DNA of 64,000 nucleotides from an uncultured Gemmatimonadales bacterium (GCA_963716255.1 OY970303.1:2016001-2080000), one strand, 5' to 3'. Numbered from the stretch's first letter, positions 1 through 9,860 are shown. Numbers and translations are program-made. The notes: a model not told the origin generated them from the letters alone.

Positions 1-2
1 CG

Positions 3-827
3 CCCGAGCTGGTGTACGCCCTGGAGCGCTGGGTGGGGATGGGGCACAACCTGCTGTACCGCCCCCCGCGCCGCTCGTGGAAGCTGCTGCGGAGCTGGCT
101 CACCGCCGGGTTCCCCGTGCTGGTGCGGCGGCGCTGGAGGCCCATCGCCCTGGCCGCCGCGTTCCTGTACCTCCCCGCCCTGCTGGCGTACGCCGCCGTC
201 CGCGCCGACCCGCCGCGTGCCCGGGAGATGGTCCCGGCGGAGATGATGGTGCGCGCCGAGGAGGCGCGGCGGAAGGAGGCCGAGGGGGAGGGGTACGTGG
301 AGGTGCCGGAGATCTTCATGCCCGCCATGGGGGCCGGGATCGTCGCCAACAACGTGCAGGTGACCTTCATGGCCTTCGCGGGGGGGATCCTGGCGGGGCT
401 GGGGACGGCGGCCGTGCTGGTGTTCAACGGGGTCTTCCTGGGCGCCATCGCCGGGTTGTTCGCCAACATGGGAGCCAGCCTTCACCTGTGGACCTTCGTG
501 CTGCCGCACGGGGCGATCGAGCTGACGGCGATCTGCATCGCGGGGGGCGCCGGGTTCCTGCTGGGCGCGGCGATCCTGCTCCCCGGGCGGCGCACCCGGC
601 GCGAGGCGCTGGTGCGGCGGGGGAAGGAGGCGGTGTCGCTGCTGAGCGGGACGACCGTGCTCCTGCTGGTGGCGGGGACCATCGAGGGGTTCGTCTCCCC
701 CGCCGACATCCCGCGGCCGCTGAAGATGTCGCTGGCCCTGCTGTTCGCGGCGCTGCTGGTGGCGTACCTGGGGCTCGCGGGGCGCGGCGAAGCGGGGCGG
801 CGCGCGGCGGAGGAAGCCGACGCGTAA
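3..827 (+). CDS. Stage II sporulation protein M (SpoIIM/DUF95)-family membrane protein, 5'-truncated by window edge
   Basis: Hydrophobic ORF with family-typical motifs NNVQV..AFAGG, NG..LG, LPHGAIEL and AG.IEGFVSP; frame is open back to the window start. Confidence 0.8.
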   Translation, partial: PELVYALERWVGMGHNLLYRPPRRSWKLLRSWLTAGFPVLVRRRWRPIALAAAFLYLPALLAYAAVRADPPRAREMVPAEMMVRAEEARRKEAEGEGYVEVPEIFMPAMGAGIVANNVQVTFMAFAGGILAGLGTAAVLVFNGVFLGAIAGLFANMGASLHLWTFVLPHGAIELTAICIAGGAGFLLGAAILLPGRRTRREALVRRGKEAVSLLSGTTVLLLVAGTIEGFVSPADIPRPLKMSLALLFAALLVAYLGLAGRGEAGRRAAEEADA

Positions 828-843
828 ACCACGCCGCGGCACC

Positions 844-872
844 TTGCCCGACGGGCGCCGCGCCGCTAGCAT
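844..872 (+). promoter_or_regulatory. Putative sigma70 promoter
   Basis: TTGCCC-17 nt-TAGCAT upstream of the CDS at 934. Confidence 0.5.
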
Positions 873-933
873 CATGTGGTTCCACAGGCACTTGCCTTCC
901 CTCCCGCCGGTCGCTCCCCCGGAGTATCGCCGA

Positions 934-1749
934 ATGTCCCGCACGCCAGCAGCCGGCCGGCGCGCCGTCCTGACCGTGCTCGCAGCCCTCGCGCTCGCCG
1001 GGTGCGCCCCCGCCGAGGGCGCCTCCGTGGCCGACGCGGGCGACTTCCGCGTGGTCTACGAGTCCGCCCGGGACCCCGAGTACCGCCAGTGGCAGGCCGA
1101 CCTGCGCCAGGTGCGGGTGCTGGAGGACGTGGCCGAGGCGCTCAACCGCACCTTCGTCCTCCCGCAGGACGTGCGGCTGGCCTTTTCCGAGTGCGGCGAG
1201 CCCAACGCGTTCTACGACCCCGACGTGCGCCGCATCCGCATCTGCTACGAGCTGATGGACGAGATGTACGGGGTGTTCGACGGGACCACCGTCTCGGAGG
1301 AGGAGCTGAACGAGGCCGCGTGGGGGGCGATCTACTTCACCCTGTACCACGAGCTGGGGCACGCGCTGGTGGACCTGTGGGACATCCCCATCACCGGGCG
1401 CGAGGAGGACGCGGTGGACCAGCTCGCCGCCTTCCTGCTCACCGACGGCACGGAGGAGGGCGAGGCCGCGGCCATCAACGGGGCGAACGCCTTCCTGCTG
1501 GAGCACGACCGCGAGGGAGGCAGCGTGGACGAGTCGGCGCTGTGGAACGAGCACTCGCTGGACCCGCAGCGCTTCTACAACATCATCTGCTGGGTGTACG
1601 GGCGCGACCCGGAGGCCTATGCGTACCTGATCGACGACGGCACGCTGCCCAGGGAGCGGGCGGAGCTGTGCGGCGAGGAGTACGAGCGGCTGGACCGGAG
1701 CTGGACGGGGCTGCTGTCTCCTTATTTAAAAGAGCAGGAAGGGGAATAG
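934..1749 (+). CDS. DUF4344-type zinc metallopeptidase-like lipoprotein
   Basis: Lipobox LAGC; CGEPNAFY, HELGH (HExxH), REEDAVD and HSLDPQRFYN motifs. Confidence 0.75.
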   Translation: MSRTPAAGRRAVLTVLAALALAGCAPAEGASVADAGDFRVVYESARDPEYRQWQADLRQVRVLEDVAEALNRTFVLPQDVRLAFSECGEPNAFYDPDVRRIRICYELMDEMYGVFDGTTVSEEELNEAAWGAIYFTLYHELGHALVDLWDIPITGREEDAVDQLAAFLLTDGTEEGEAAAINGANAFLLEHDREGGSVDESALWNEHSLDPQRFYNIICWVYGRDPEAYAYLIDDGTLPRERAELCGEEYERLDRSWTGLLSPYLKEQEGE

Positions 1750-1757
1750 CGGCATCT

Positions 1758-1886
1758 GGGCATGACCCCCGCTGGCGCGGGGGTCGGGCTGCGGCTCCGT
1801 AGCAGACGAAACGACCGTCTGCAACGGAGTCGAGCCCGCGCAAACAGCCGCGCGGTCTCGCCCCTGCGGGCCGACATCCCTCATGC
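1758..1886 (+). repeat. R1 structured dispersed repeat, copy 1 (most divergent)
   Basis: GGGCATG...ATCCCTCATGC; compensatory terminal stem GCATG/CATGC; inner stem GCAGACG/CGTCTGC. Confidence 0.95.
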
Positions 1887-1889
1887 GAC

Positions 1890-1927
1890 GGCGCCGCCAC
1901 CGGGAGATCCCGGTGGCGGCGTCTTTT
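1890..1927 (+). terminator. Intrinsic terminator / R3 hairpin
   Basis: GGCGCCGCCACCGGG-AGAT-CCCGGTGGCGGCGTC followed by TTTT, between convergent genes. Confidence 0.75.
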
Positions 1928-1962
1928 CGTACTCCATGCCGCGTGCTTCGTACTGCCGTCGG

Positions 1963-2313
1963 TCAGCGCACGTCCAGCAGCTCCACGTCGAACACCAGGG
2001 TGCTGTTCGCGGGGATCGGGCCCACGGGGCGGGCGCCGTAGCCCAGGCTGGCGGGGATCACCAGCGTGCGGCGGCCGCCCACCTTCATCCCCGCCACGCC
2101 CTCGTCCCAGCCCTGGATCACGCGGCCGGCGCCCAGCGGGAACTCGAAGGGCTGGCCGCGGTCGCGGCTGCTGTCGAACTTGGTGCCGTCGGTCAGGGTG
2201 CCGGTGTAGTGCACGGCCACGGTCCTGCCGCGGGTGGCCTCGGCGCCGGTGCCGGCCTGGTCGTCGCGCCACTGGAGGCCGCTGGGGGTGGTGGTCATGT
2301 CGTCGGTGTTCAC
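1963..2313 (-). CDS. FKBP-type peptidyl-prolyl cis-trans isomerase
   Basis: VHYTGTL.DG.KFDSS, VIQGWDEG and IPANSTLVFDVEL motifs; GTG start with GGAG RBS (alternative ATG at 2298). Confidence 0.95.
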   Translation of the reverse strand: MNTDDMTTTPSGLQWRDDQAGTGAEATRGRTVAVHYTGTLTDGTKFDSSRDRGQPFEFPLGAGRVIQGWDEGVAGMKVGGRRTLVIPASLGYGARPVGPIPANSTLVFDVELLDVR

Positions 2314-2526
2314 GTCCTTCTCCGGTCCAGGGTGATGCGCCCGGCGGGCGGCGCCTCCGTCCCGCCGTGGTTCCACGGCGCGGAGGGTAGCGGTGGAGGA
2401 CGGCCGCGGCAAGGCGCGTTCCCGCCACGCGGCGCGGGCACGCCGTTTGACGGTCCCCCGGCGCGCGCGTACTCTTGGGCACCACGCGGAGCCACGGCAC
2501 GCAGCCGCGGACGCCAGCTCGGACCC

Positions 2527-2654
2527 GCGTGAGGGATTTCGGCCCGAAGGGGCGAGACCGCGCGGCTGTTTGCGCGGGCTCGACTCCGTTGAGCACGGTT
2601 GTTTCGTGCTCTACGGAGCCGAAGCCCGACCCCGGCGCAGCCGGGGGCACGCCC
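2527..2654 (-). repeat. R1 copy 2
   Basis: Reverse complement of the R1 consensus; inner stem GAGCACG/CGTGCTC. Confidence 0.95.
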
Positions 2655-2706
2655 GAACCAGCGGTTCAACGCAGTTCCATCCGGAGCCCCCTCGCCACGC
2701 CACTCC

Positions 2707-4476
2707 ATGACCCGACGCACGCAGCTCCTCGCGGCCGCGCTCCTGGCCCTCGCCCCCGCCGCGCAGGCGCAGACCGGGACGTACACCGCCACCGCCCGCG
2801 CCGCGGACTCCGCCGCCGCGCTCGCCGCGTTCCGCTCCAACATCGGCGCCATCCACGGCCGCGACCGCGCCGCCTACCTGCGTCACTACCTGCAGAGCCC
2901 GCGGCTGGCGCGCACGGGGCCCGGCGGCGTGCAGTGGGGGTACGCGGGGCTGGCCGGGGGCGACCCGGACTCGTGGCCGGACACGCTGGTGGCCACGCAC
3001 TTCGAGGTGGTCCCCGTGGCGCCGGGGGTGGCGTACGGAGCCTACCGCTACCGGGTGGTGCAGGGCAGCAGCTCGCGCGGCGTCTCGGAGCGGGTGCTGG
3101 TGAAGCAGCCGGACGGCACGTGGAAGGTGGCGGTCTCCACCGCGTTCGGCTCGCCGGGGGACGCGCCGGTGCCGGCCTTCGCGCTGACGGGCGCCACCAT
3201 CCTCGACGGCACGGGGGCGGCGCCGCGGGTGGGGACGGTGGTGATGCGGGACGGCAAGGTGGCGTGCGTGGGCACGTGCGAGCTGGGGCCGGACGTGGAG
3301 ACGATCGACGCGCGGGGGAAGTGGATCGTCCCCGGGCTGGTGGACGCGCACGTGCACTACTCGCAGACGGGGTGGGCGGACGGACGCCCGGACGCGCTGG
3401 ACCTGCGCGACCGCTTCCCCTACGACTCCACGGTGGCGGAGCTGGAGCGCAACCCGGAGCGCTTCTACCGCAGCTGGCTCTGCTCGGGGGTGACGGCCAC
3501 CTTCGACGTGGGCGGCTACCCCTGGACGTGGGGGCTGCGGGCGCGGGCGGAGCGCTCCACCTCGGCGCCGCACGTGGCGGCGGCGGGGCCGCTCCTTTCC
3601 ACGCGTGACCACTGGCTCAACGTCCCTGCCTCGCGGCAGTTCGTGTTCATGGGGAGCGACAGCGCCGCCCGCGCCGGGGCGCGCATGGTGGCGGCGAACC
3701 GGAGCGACGCGCTCAAGGTGTGGTACCTGGTGGGCCCCGAGAGCCCCGACACCGCGGGGTGGAAGGCGCGGCTCCGGGCCGGGGCGGAGGAAGCCCGGCG
3801 GGCGGGGATCCCGCTGATCGTGCACGCCACCGGGCTGTGGCCGGCAAAGGACGCGCTGCGCGCCGGGGCCGCCCTGCTCGTGCACTCGGTGGGCGACCGG
3901 CCGGTGGACGACGAGTTCCTCGCGCTGATGAAGCGCAACGGTGCCGTGTACACGCCCACGCTCACCGTGCGCGACGGCTACGTGCAGCTGGCCGACCGCC
4001 GCTTCGACCCCACGGGGCTGGAGATGGGGTGCGTGGACCCGGCCACCCGCCGCAAGGCGTACCTCACCGACTCGCTCCCCAACCCGCAGCCGATGCGGCC
4101 AGCCGTCCGCGAGCAACTGGCGCGGGAGTACCGGACGATGCTGGCGAACCTCAAGCGGGTGAGCGACGCGGGGATCCCGGTGGCGATGGGGACGGACGCG
4201 GGGAACCCGCTGACGCTGCACGGTCCATCGATCTACCGCGAGATGGAGGCGATGGTGGAGGCGGGGATGACGCCCATGCAGGTGCTGGTGGCTGCGACGC
4301 GGGGCGGCGCGCGGGCGATGGGGCGCACGGACATCGGCACGCTGGAGCCGGGGAAGCTGGCGGACCTGGTGGTGCTGGACGCGGACCCGCTGGCGAGCAT
4401 CGGCAACCTGCGGCGGGTGGCGCTGGTGGCGCGCGGCGGCGAGCTGTGGACGCGGAAGGAGCTGGAGTACCGCTGA
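2707..4476 (+). CDS. Secreted amidohydrolase-family protein with N-terminal NTF2/SnoaL-like domain
   Basis: Signal peptide; PGLVDAHVH, SGVTATFDVG, GTDAG and GTLEPGKLADLVVL motifs. Confidence 0.85.
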   Translation: MTRRTQLLAAALLALAPAAQAQTGTYTATARAADSAAALAAFRSNIGAIHGRDRAAYLRHYLQSPRLARTGPGGVQWGYAGLAGGDPDSWPDTLVATHFEVVPVAPGVAYGAYRYRVVQGSSSRGVSERVLVKQPDGTWKVAVSTAFGSPGDAPVPAFALTGATILDGTGAAPRVGTVVMRDGKVACVGTCELGPDVETIDARGKWIVPGLVDAHVHYSQTGWADGRPDALDLRDRFPYDSTVAELERNPERFYRSWLCSGVTATFDVGGYPWTWGLRARAERSTSAPHVAAAGPLLSTRDHWLNVPASRQFVFMGSDSAARAGARMVAANRSDALKVWYLVGPESPDTAGWKARLRAGAEEARRAGIPLIVHATGLWPAKDALRAGAALLVHSVGDRPVDDEFLALMKRNGAVYTPTLTVRDGYVQLADRRFDPTGLEMGCVDPATRRKAYLTDSLPNPQPMRPAVREQLAREYRTMLANLKRVSDAGIPVAMGTDAGNPLTLHGPSIYREMEAMVEAGMTPMQVLVAATRGGARAMGRTDIGTLEPGKLADLVVLDADPLASIGNLRRVALVARGGELWTRKELEYR

Positions 4477-4955
4477 TGACGAAACGAGCCCTGCTCCTCG
4501 CCGCCGTGCTCGCGGCCGGGTGCGGCGAGGAAAAGCCGGAGACGCCGCTCCCCGAGCCCGTGCCCACCCCCGGCGTCCCGACCACGGCGGTGGCGGGGGA
4601 CAAGGTGATCGTGCGGCGCGTTCCCCCCGAGGGCTTCGAGTGGCCGGGCGACGTGGTGGTCACCGCCCCGGAGCAGGGGGAGATCCGGGTGGTTTACAGC
4701 CTGGACAACCCCTGCCGCCACGTGCCGCGCCGGGCGCTGTCCAGCCGGCGCGGGGACACGGTAGCCCTGGTGGTCACCTGGCCCCCGGTGACGCCGGACA
4801 GCTCGCGGAAGTGCCCGCCCAACATCACGCCGTACGCGTACCGGATGGACGTGGACGGCGTCCCCGCCGGCAGGCACGTCCTCGCCCTGTTCGAGGCCAT
4901 CGAGGGTCAGAGGGCCGCGGCGCTCTCGTACACCAAGGAAGTGACGGTGAAGTAG
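4476..4955 (+). CDS. Hypothetical lipoprotein
   Basis: TGATG coupling to the upstream gene; lipobox LAAGC. Confidence 0.7.
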   Translation: MTKRALLLAAVLAAGCGEEKPETPLPEPVPTPGVPTTAVAGDKVIVRRVPPEGFEWPGDVVVTAPEQGEIRVVYSLDNPCRHVPRRALSSRRGDTVALVVTWPPVTPDSSRKCPPNITPYAYRMDVDGVPAGRHVLALFEAIEGQRAAALSYTKEVTVK

Positions 4956-4957
4956 CC

Positions 4958-5671
4958 ATGCTGGACCTCCCCGGCCGGACCCTGATCCTGGGCCACCGCG
5001 GTGCACCGCTGGAGGCGCCGGAGAACACCTTCGGCGGCTTCCGGCTGGCGGTGGAGCACGGCGCCGACGGCGTGGAGCTGGACGTGCAGCGCTCCGCCGA
5101 CGGCGCGCCGGTGGTGATCCACGACCTGACGCTGGACCGCACCACCGACGGGAGCGGCGAGGTGCGCACCCACAGCTGGGCCGAGCTGTCGCGGCTGCAC
5201 GCCGGTCCGGGAGAGCCGCTGCGGCGCCTGGGCGAGGTGGCCGACTGGGCCGCGGGGGCCGGCGCCTGGCTCAACGTGGAGCTCAAGGGCGAGGGGACCG
5301 AGGCCGCCACCCTCGCGACGCTGGAGCGCGCCGGGGTCCTGGAGCGGAGCCTGGTCTCTTCCTTCCTCCCCACGGTGGTGCTGGAGGTGGGGCGGCTGGC
5401 GCCGGGCATCCGCCGCGCGCTGGTCACCGAAGTCTGGGACCCCACCGTGGCCGGGCTGGTGCGCGACAGCGGGGCCGGCGGCGTGTGCATCCACCGCGCC
5501 CTCGCCACGCCGGAGCGACTGGCGGAGCTGGCCGCCGCGGGTCTCTCGGTGGTGGTGTGGACGGTGGACGACCCCGCCGAAGTCCGCGCCCTGCTCCGCG
5601 CCGGGGTTGCGGCGATCATCACCAACGACCCCCGCCGCGCGGTGGCCGCGCGGCGCGAAGCGGAGGGGTGA
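4958..5671 (+). CDS. Glycerophosphodiester phosphodiesterase
   Basis: GHRG..PENT, ELDV...DG.PVVIHD and WTVDD...IITNDP motifs. Confidence 0.9.
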   Translation: MLDLPGRTLILGHRGAPLEAPENTFGGFRLAVEHGADGVELDVQRSADGAPVVIHDLTLDRTTDGSGEVRTHSWAELSRLHAGPGEPLRRLGEVADWAAGAGAWLNVELKGEGTEAATLATLERAGVLERSLVSSFLPTVVLEVGRLAPGIRRALVTEVWDPTVAGLVRDSGAGGVCIHRALATPERLAELAAAGLSVVVWTVDDPAEVRALLRAGVAAIITNDPRRAVAARREAEG

Positions 5672-5763
5672 CGCCGCTCCCTGGCGCGTCCCTTGCCGCT
5701 CCCCCACCCCCGGACCGCCGGCGGCCTCGCCGGCGACCCTGCATCCACACGCGTCCCAGGCCC

Positions 5764-7938
5764 ATGCTGCTCGCCCACCTCGCCGCCCTGCTGGCGTTCC
5801 AGGGGACCCCCGCGCCCGCGCAGTCGCCCGTGCCCGCGCCGGACACCCTGGGCGCCTTCGACTCGCCCGACACGCGCGCGCTGGTGGAGCGCGTGGTCCG
5901 CGCAGGCTCCGTGGTCCCGCAGGAGCTGACCGACTACCGGGCCGACTACCGCACCGCCGTGTACCTGTCGCTGCGCCCGGACTCCGCCACGGCGGGCGAG
6001 GTGCCGGTGACGGTGGACGAGTTCGCGGGCGAGGTGCGCTGGGCGCGCAGCGGGAGCCTGCGCCAGGAGGTGCAGGGGCACCGCATCCGCCTGCTGGCGC
6101 CCACCCCCTACACCATCGGCACGCTGCTGGAGCAGCCGTGGATCGTCCCGCACCTGTACGGGCAGACCATCGAGCTCTTCCAGCTTTCCCCCGCTCCCGC
6201 CCGCAACGCCGCGGGGCGCCCGGTGCGGCGCGTGTCCCGCGCGGTGCACCCCTTCTCCGCGCGCGGGCTGGAGCTGTACCGCTACACGGCCGGCGACACG
6301 GTGCGGGTGACCACCACGGAGGGGGTGGTGCGCCTGGCCACCATCGAGGTGCGCCCGCGCGGCGTGGTGGCGGGCGGCAACGCGCCGCGGGTGGTGGCGG
6401 GCTCCTTCCAGGTGGACCTGGACCGCGCCGCGATCGCGCGGGCGCGCTTCGGCTTCGCCGAGCCGGACGGCCGCTTCCGCCTGAGCCGCACCGGCGTGTT
6501 CTTCGAGATGGAGAACGGGCTGGTGCAGGGGCGCTTCTGGCTCCCGTACCGGCAGCGCCAGGAGATCCAGGTGGCCTCGCCGCTCCTGGGCGGCGCCGCG
6601 GCGATCCGGGTGGCGACGGGGATCTCCGGCTACGACCTGAACGGCGGCTGGGCCCCGGAGGAGGTGGGGCGCTACACCCTGGTGCGCAACGAGCAGGGCG
6701 ACGAGGCGTTCCGGGAGTGGGGGAGCACGGTGGGCGAGGGGATCGGCGACTACGACATCGCCGACTTCGGCGACCTGGCGCGGGCCACCACGGGCGGCGC
6801 CGCGCGCGACCAGGGGGTGCGCGTTTCCTTCCTGCCGCGGCGCGGCGAGCACTTCTTCCGCTACAACCGGGTGGAGGGCCCCTTCCTGGGCGGCGCCGTG
6901 GGCGCCGAGGAGACCCGCCCGGACGGCGCCCGCTGGGAGGTGTACGCCACCGCGGGGTGGGCCTTCGCGGAAAAGACGGGGCGCGGGGAGGCCACGGCGC
7001 GCTGGACGGACGAGTCGGTGGGGCCGTTCGGGCAGCGGCAGGGGTGGAGCGCCTCCACCGCAGTGTACCGGAGGCTCCGCGACACCCAGGTCTTCCGCCC
7101 GGCCTTCCGCTGGGACCTGGGCTACTCGCTGAACGCGGCGCTCGGCGGCTACGACATCCTGGACTACTACGACGCCACCGGCGCCGAGGCCTTCGCCGGG
7201 ATCCGCCGCGGCCCCTGGACCGGACGGCTGGGCGGCCGCTTCGAGAGGCACGACTCGGTAACCCGCAACACGGAGTCGTTCCTCTTCGGGGACGCGCGCC
7301 GCTTCCCCGAAGTGGCCCCGGCGGACGAGGGGACGCACGCCGGGGTGGAGGGCGAGGTGCGCTACGGGCTGGGCGGCGGCGCGTTCTCGGTGGGAAACAG
7401 CCTGGTGGCCTCGGTACGCGGCGAGACGGGCTTCGCGGACTGGCGGTTCGGCCGCGTCACCGGCTTCCTGGCCGCTCGCCGCTCGCTGGGCCCCTACCTG
7501 ACGCTGGCGCTGCGCGGCGACGCCGGCCACGTGGCCGGCGACGTCCCGCCGCAGGGTCTGATCCGCTTCGGCGAGGCCGAGGGGCTGCGCGGCTACGCGC
7601 CCAACGAGTTCGGCGGCACAACCGCCGGCATCGGCCGCGCGCGCCTGCTCCTCTTCCTCCCGCCCTACACGCAGCGGCCGCTGGCGCGCTCCAGCTTTCT
7701 CATCATCCCCCCCCTGCGCCCCGCGATCGCCCTTTCGGGCTCGTCCGCCTGGGCCGACGTGGCCGCGGGCTCCACCGACGAGCTGCTCCGCGTGGGCTCG
7801 CGCCCCACCGACGGCGCCCGCCGCACCGTGGGCATCGGCGTCAGCATCTTCGAGGACGCGCTGTCGCTGGAGTACTCGAAGCCGCTGGAAGACGGCGAGG
7901 AGGGGCGGTGGACGTTCGGGCTGGTGTCGTGGTTCTGA
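5764..7938 (+). CDS. Outer-membrane beta-barrel protein (Omp85/DUF5686-like)
   Basis: Hydrophobic N-terminus, RYNRVEG motif, LRGY motif, C-terminal aromatic ending VSWF. Confidence 0.6.
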   Translation: MLLAHLAALLAFQGTPAPAQSPVPAPDTLGAFDSPDTRALVERVVRAGSVVPQELTDYRADYRTAVYLSLRPDSATAGEVPVTVDEFAGEVRWARSGSLRQEVQGHRIRLLAPTPYTIGTLLEQPWIVPHLYGQTIELFQLSPAPARNAAGRPVRRVSRAVHPFSARGLELYRYTAGDTVRVTTTEGVVRLATIEVRPRGVVAGGNAPRVVAGSFQVDLDRAAIARARFGFAEPDGRFRLSRTGVFFEMENGLVQGRFWLPYRQRQEIQVASPLLGGAAAIRVATGISGYDLNGGWAPEEVGRYTLVRNEQGDEAFREWGSTVGEGIGDYDIADFGDLARATTGGAARDQGVRVSFLPRRGEHFFRYNRVEGPFLGGAVGAEETRPDGARWEVYATAGWAFAEKTGRGEATARWTDESVGPFGQRQGWSASTAVYRRLRDTQVFRPAFRWDLGYSLNAALGGYDILDYYDATGAEAFAGIRRGPWTGRLGGRFERHDSVTRNTESFLFGDARRFPEVAPADEGTHAGVEGEVRYGLGGGAFSVGNSLVASVRGETGFADWRFGRVTGFLAARRSLGPYLTLALRGDAGHVAGDVPPQGLIRFGEAEGLRGYAPNEFGGTTAGIGRARLLLFLPPYTQRPLARSSFLIIPPLRPAIALSGSSAWADVAAGSTDELLRVGSRPTDGARRTVGIGVSIFEDALSLEYSKPLEDGEEGRWTFGLVSWF

Positions 7939-7975
7939 GGAGCGGAGTGCGAAAGTGAGGAGCGCGAGAGCAGTC

Positions 7976-8104
7976 GCGTGAGGGATTACGGCCCGAAGGG
8001 GCGAGACCCGCGGGCAGTTTCGCGGGTCTCGACTCCGTTACGCACGGTTTCATCGTGCGTTACGGAGCCGAAGCCCGACCCCGGCGCCAGCCGGGGGCAC
8101 GCCC
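7976..8104 (-). repeat. R1 copy 3
   Basis: Reverse complement of consensus; inner stem ACGCACG/CGTGCGT, loop ATGAAAC. Confidence 0.95.
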
Positions 8105-8215
8105 GAACCCGTGTTTCAGGTCGCAGGTCCCCGCCGTCCACGGTCCCGTCCTTGCAATCCGTGGGACCCTGAAGCGCAGGCCAGACGAGTCCAAACGCGA
8201 GCACGGAGTCCAGCA

Positions 8216-8641
8216 ATGTCCTCGATCAACCGTCCCCTGGCGGGCCCCATCCTGACCTTCGACCTGCAGGAGCAGATCCAGGCCCTGCGCCGCGAGGACA
8301 CGTACGCGCGCGGGCGCGCGGGGCGTACCCTGGCCAAATCCGGGCGCTTCCGCCTCACCCTGGTCGCCATGGCGGCGCAGAACGAGATCGGGACGCACCA
8401 GGCGGACTCGCCCATGACGCTGCACGTGCTGGAAGGCGCCATCGAGTTCCGCGCCGCGGGCGAGAGCCACGAGCTGCGCGCCGGCGAGGTGCTGTTCTTC
8501 GGGCCGGGCGACGCGCACGACATCCGCGCCCTGGAGGAGAGCGTCCTCCTGATCACGCTGTCCGCGGTGGGCGACGACTACCTGGTGGAGGGCCCGGGCG
8601 ACGACCCGTCCGGCGACGAGGGGAGCGCGGTGTCGTCCTGA
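8216..8641 (+). CDS. Cupin-domain protein
   Basis: H....TLHVLEG and LRAGEVLFF...AHDI cupin motifs; GGAG RBS. Confidence 0.8.
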   Translation: MSSINRPLAGPILTFDLQEQIQALRREDTYARGRAGRTLAKSGRFRLTLVAMAAQNEIGTHQADSPMTLHVLEGAIEFRAAGESHELRAGEVLFFGPGDAHDIRALEESVLLITLSAVGDDYLVEGPGDDPSGDEGSAVSS

Positions 8642-8671
8642 CCCGCCGGGCGGGGGAGCGCGGCGGCTCGC

Positions 8672-8700
8672 TTGCGCCTCCCCCGCCCGCGGCCTACCAT
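8672..8700 (+). promoter_or_regulatory. Putative sigma70 promoter of argR
   Basis: TTGCGC-17 nt-TACCAT. Confidence 0.55.
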
Positions 8701-8771
8701 TCGCTCGCCGCTCCCGGGGACGACCGGCGGTCCCCTGCACCGCACGCCCCGTCTCCCTCGCACCCGGTCCC

Positions 8772-9221
8772 GTGAAGCCCCAGCGCCACGCCGTCATCCT
8801 GGACCTGGTCCGCTCCCGCCGCGTCCCGTCGCAGGAGGTGCTGCGCGAGCTACTGGGGGAGCGCGGCATCGACGTGGCGCAGGCCACGCTGTCGCGCGAC
8901 ATCCGCGAGCTGGGGCTGGTCAAGGTGCCGGACGAGGACGGGGGGTACGTGTACACCGTGCCCTCCAACGTGACCGACCCCACGCCCACGCTGGGGCGCC
9001 TCCTCCCCACGCTGTACCTGGGCGCGGACGGAGTGGGAAACCTGCTCATCGTGCGGACCCTCACCGGCGGCGCGCAGCCCATCGCGGTGGCGCTGGACCG
9101 GGAGGAGTGGCCGGAAGTGGTGGGGACCATCGGCGGCGACGACTCCATCCTGCTGGTGCTGCGCAGGCCGGAGCAGATGGAGGCGGTGATGAAGCGCCTG
9201 GAGGAGATCGCCGGGGTGTGA
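8772..9221 (+). CDS. argR: Arginine repressor
   Basis: [20 protein letters not shown] and [10 protein letters not shown] motifs. Confidence 0.95.
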   Translation: MKPQRHAVILDLVRSRRVPSQEVLRELLGERGIDVAQATLSRDIRELGLVKVPDEDGGYVYTVPSNVTDPTPTLGRLLPTLYLGADGVGNLLIVRTLTGGAQPIAVALDREEWPEVVGTIGGDDSILLVLRRPEQMEAVMKRLEEIAGV

Positions 9222-9244
9222 GCAGCGGGTCGAACTGCGGGTCT

Positions 9245-9373
9245 GGGCGTGCCCCCGGCTGGCGCCGGGGTCGGGCTTCGGCTCCGTAGCAGACGAAACA
9301 ACCGTCTGCAACGGAGTCGAGCCCCGCCAAACTGCCGGCGGGTCTCGCCCCTTCGGGCCGTAATCCCTCACGC
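9245..9373 (+). repeat. R1 copy 4
   Basis: GGGCGTGCCCCCGG...TAATCCCTCACGC; inner stem GCAGACG/CGTCTGC. Confidence 0.97.
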
Positions 9374-9382
9374 AACTCCCCG

Positions 9383-9465
9383 CCCGTACTCAAGATCCAG
9401 CCGTTGCCCCCTCTTCCAGGATTGGGAGTAGGGTGGCGGCTCTAAGGCCGCCGGGTGAGGGCCCT
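9383..9465 (+). repeat. R2 REP-like repeat
   Basis: CCGTACTC...CCCTCTTCC..GGGAGTAGGGTGGCGGCTCTAAGGCCGCCGGGTGAGGGCC; homologous to copies at 14497, 30573 and 56018. Confidence 0.85.
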
Positions 9466-9860
9466 CACGCGGGGCCTGCGCTGGCGTCCGCAGGACGATG
9501 CTCCGGGGCCCGCGCGCGTCCGGGAGCGGCCGAATCCGCCATTTCGTTTCGTGGCGCGGACTTCGACCGGCTGCACGGTTGACATTCCGGCAACCATCCT
9601 GCAACATATCCCAATCAATTCTGCAAGCGGCACATGCGGGCATTCCCGCGCCCTTCGTGGCGCATCCCGCACCCATCCCGGCCGTAGCATCTTATTCGCA
9701 TTCCGGTCTTCAGCAGCCGCCGCACGCGCGTGTAGGGTCCGGGGCACCCGGACCCGGCGCGCGTCCCCCGTTTCCCTGCACGCGAGGAGGCCGCCTGCGC
9801 TTCGATCGTTCGTCCCGCGGTTCCTTCAGCCAAGCCCCACGCCGTAGCAGGAGAACTCGA

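Noticed and set aside
7978..8172. Recurrent small ORFs such as MRDYGPKGRDP..., MPPAGAGVGLRLRSRR... and ...YGAEARPRRQPGARP in the ORF track
   Set aside because: They are translations of R1 in various frames. Indels between copies shift the frame, and substitutions follow base-pairing rather than codon position.
9684..9702. Possible ARG box (AGCATCTTATTCGCA) upstream of susC
   Set aside because: The spacing is one base short of the TGMAT-N4-ATKCA consensus and no second box is evident.
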